From the NCBI GenBank assembly GCA_964413945.1, contig CAYPUT010000002.1, positions 1 through 49,854 on the forward strand: DNA of 49,854 bases, given 5' to 3'. Positions 47,866-49,854 of this stretch are shown here, one piece after another. This stretch comes from an uncultured Spirochaetaceae bacterium. GTDB taxonomy: Bacteria > Spirochaetota > Spirochaetia > DSM-27196 > PWMO01. Each line of letters starts with the position of its first letter. Position 1 is the stretch's first letter. The notes under the pieces are model-generated. The model made no database searches. It was not told where the DNA came from and was given only the letters and a program-made list of their open reading frames with translations. The position numbers were made by a program, and so were the translations under genes.

Positions 47866-49284
47866 ATGGGCACCAACCTGCTCAACAAGGTATGGGACCT
47901 TCACAAGGTTGCCACCCTGGACACGGGACAAGATCAGCTCTTTATCGGGCTCCACCTCGTCCACGAGGTAACCTCTCCCCAGGCTTTCGAGATGATTCGG
48001 GAGCGGGGACTAACGGTCCTGTACCCCCAACGCACCTTTGCGACGGTGGACCACATCGTCCCGACGGCGGACCAAGAACGGCCCTTCGCCGATAGGCTCG
48101 CAGAAGAGATGATGCAGGCTCTCGAGAGGAATACCGAAGAGTACGGTATCGAGTTTTTCGGGCTAACCACCGAGCATCAGGGGATCGTCCACGTAATCGG
48201 GCCGGAGCTGGGGCTTACCCAGCCGGGAATGACCATAGCCTGCGGCGACTCCCACACCTCAACCCACGGCGCCTTCGGATCCATCGGTTTCGGAATCGGG
48301 ACCTCTCAGATCCGGGACGTCTTGGCGACCCAGTGCATGGCTATCTCCCGTCCGAAGGTTCGCAAGATCGAGGTCTCCGGCAGCCTCCGGGAGGGGGTCT
48401 ACGCCAAGGACATTATCTTGCGGATAATCGCCGACCTCGGCGTCCAGGGGGGCCTCGGATACGCCTACGAATACAACGGCAACGCCATCCACGAGCTCTC
48501 GATGGAAGGGCGCATGACCATCTGCAACATGAGTATCGAGGGGGGTGCCCGGGTCGGATACGTAAACCCGGACCAGACGACCGTCGACTACATCGAGGGA
48601 CGCCCCTACGCCCCGAAGGGGGCGGACTTTGAAGCGGCCGTCGACTACTGGGGGAGCATTGCCAGCGACGCCGACGCCGACTACGACGACGTCTTCCATC
48701 TCGACGCAAACAGCCTCGAACCGATGATAACCTGGGGCATCAACCCCGGACAGGCGATTCCCGTAACCGGCGCCACCCCGATTCTCTCGAGCCTCGACGA
48801 GGGGCTCCGGGAGACCGCCCTTAAGGCGTACAAGCACATGGACCTCGAGGAGGGGCAGTCTCTCCAGGGGCACCCGATCAACGTCGCCTTTCTCGGCTCC
48901 TGTACCAACGCCCGGATCTCGGACCTCCGGGAGGCGGCCAAGGTAGTCAAGGGGAAGAAGGTTCACTCCAATGTACGGGCCTTCGTCGTCCCCGGGTCGA
49001 GGCAGGTCGCCAAACAGGCCGAGTCCGAAGGTCTTGCGAAGGTTTTCTCCGACGCCGGGTTCGAGTGGCGGGGAGCGGGATGTTCGATGTGCCTCGCGAT
49101 GAACCCCGACAAGCTTCAGGGGCGGGAGCTCTGCGCGAGCTCTTCCAACCGGAACTTCGTCGGACGACAAGGCTCCCCGACGGGACGGACGGTTCTGATG
49201 AGTCCCGCGATGGTCGGCGCCGCCGCTATCTCCGGAGAGATCGTCGACGTCCGGGAGTTCGTCCGGGAACCGATCCAGGTCTAA
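47866..49284 (+). CDS. leuC: 3-isopropylmalate dehydratase large subunit
   Basis: 472-aa ORF. It has [27 protein letters not shown] and the Fe-S cysteines ([16 protein letters not shown]). Confidence 0.95.
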   Translation: MGTNLLNKVWDLHKVATLDTGQDQLFIGLHLVHEVTSPQAFEMIRERGLTVLYPQRTFATVDHIVPTADQERPFADRLAEEMMQALERNTEEYGIEFFGLTTEHQGIVHVIGPELGLTQPGMTIACGDSHTSTHGAFGSIGFGIGTSQIRDVLATQCMAISRPKVRKIEVSGSLREGVYAKDIILRIIADLGVQGGLGYAYEYNGNAIHELSMEGRMTICNMSIEGGARVGYVNPDQTTVDYIEGRPYAPKGADFEAAVDYWGSIASDADADYDDVFHLDANSLEPMITWGINPGQAIPVTGATPILSSLDEGLRETALKAYKHMDLEEGQSLQGHPINVAFLGSCTNARISDLREAAKVVKGKKVHSNVRAFVVPGSRQVAKQAESEGLAKVFSDAGFEWRGAGCSMCLAMNPDKLQGRELCASSSNRNFVGRQGSPTGRTVLMSPAMVGAAAISGEIVDVREFVREPIQV

Positions 49285-49306
49285 CGAGGCCTAAGGAAAA
49301 CAAACG

Positions 49307-49854
49307 ATGAGCGAAACACTTCAACCAGTAAAGCAGGTCTCGGGACGGGGAATCGTCGTCCGGGGCAACGATATCGATACGGATCAGATTATCCCCGCCC
49401 GGTATCTAAAGGTGATAAGCTTCGACGGCCTCGGTGAGTTCGCGTTCCAGGACGTGCGCTTCGACGAAGAAGGGGTTCCAAGGCAACACCCCTTTAACGA
49501 CGAGCGTTTTCAAGGCGCCTCGGTCTTAATCGTAAACGAGAACTTCGGCTGCGGTTCTTCCCGGGAGCACGCTCCCCAGGCGCTAATGCGCTGGGGTATC
49601 AACGCGGTAATCGGCGAATCCTTCGCCGAAATTTTCGCCGGAAACTGCACCGCAATGGGTGTCCCGGCGATACGCCTCGATCCCAAGGACGTGGCGGAGC
49701 TCCAGGGGCTGGTCGAAGCCGACCCATCTACGGAAATCTCAATCGATATGGAAATGAACGTCGTTTCCGCCGGAAAGAAGAGCTATTCCTTCAACCTTCC
49801 TCCGGCGTACCGGAACGCGCTGATGGCCGGGACCTGGGATTCGACCTCGGTGCT
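49307..49854 (+). CDS. leuD: 3-isopropylmalate dehydratase small subunit (3' end beyond the window)
   Basis: This open-ended ORF is not in the track. From the ATG at 49307, my translation gives MSETLQPVKQVSGRGIVVRGNDIDTDQIIPARYLK...NFGCGSSREHAPQAL, the LeuD signature. Confidence 0.9.
   Translation, partial: MSETLQPVKQVSGRGIVVRGNDIDTDQIIPARYLKVISFDGLGEFAFQDVRFDEEGVPRQHPFNDERFQGASVLIVNENFGCGSSREHAPQALMRWGINAVIGESFAEIFAGNCTAMGVPAIRLDPKDVAELQGLVEADPSTEISIDMEMNVVSAGKKSYSFNLPPAYRNALMAGTWDSTSV

Overview
This is a GC-rich bacterial chromosomal segment with strongly GC-biased third codon positions. I call 47 protein-coding genes, two of them cut by the window edges. I recognised no rRNA, tRNA, CRISPR array, transposase or integrase. 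All product calls rest on motif and family recognition by eye, because no searches were run.

Genes 1-33 (bases 1-37040) all lie on the minus strand, and many are joined by 1-8 nt start/stop overlaps. In order they are:
- a secreted repeat protein (partial), a phosphoribosyltransferase, an HtrA protease and methionine aminopeptidase
- a TPR protein, NusB, a parvulin/SurA-like PPIase, a J-domain protein, a small flavodoxin-like protein and SecG
- the glycolytic trio tpiA-pgk-gap, read right to left as gap-pgk-tpiA-secG
- a second TPR protein, then corC-ybeY-phoH, read right to left as phoH-ybeY-corC
- a 1123-aa LptD/OstA-like outer-membrane protein, UvrA and a third TPR-like secreted protein
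- a complete 7-gene V-type ATPase operon (E-DUF2764-A-B-D-I-K), with a clear promoter upstream and an intrinsic terminator downstream
- two unknown genes, MutS2, RsgA, MurI and a Cys-rich zinc-ribbon protein

The right-hand 13 kb has mixed orientation:
- a pentapeptide-repeat gene translationally coupled to an MBL-fold gene that has lost every metal ligand
- rluD, a small membrane protein and yggS, with yggS divergent from pdxS-pdxT
- a three-gene carotenoid operon (crtI-crtB-prenyl diphosphate synthase)
- ilvB-ilvN-leuC-leuD (leuD partial)

The E-DUF2764-A-B-D-I-K operon layout and the general gene content resemble spirochaete-type genomes, but that is inference only.

Most of the window is core housekeeping, and I see no defence island or mobile element. 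The observations most worth a second look are:
- the pentapeptide / dead-MBL pair
- the carotenoid cluster with an archaeal-type (DDxxD, Phe at -5) prenyl synthase
- the Na+-type ion-site signature in the V-ATPase proteolipid
- the minimal V-ATPase operon with a DUF2764 gene
- the SAP-like N-terminal module on the LptD-like protein

The many long antisense or alternative-frame ORFs in the track are treated as high-GC artefacts.
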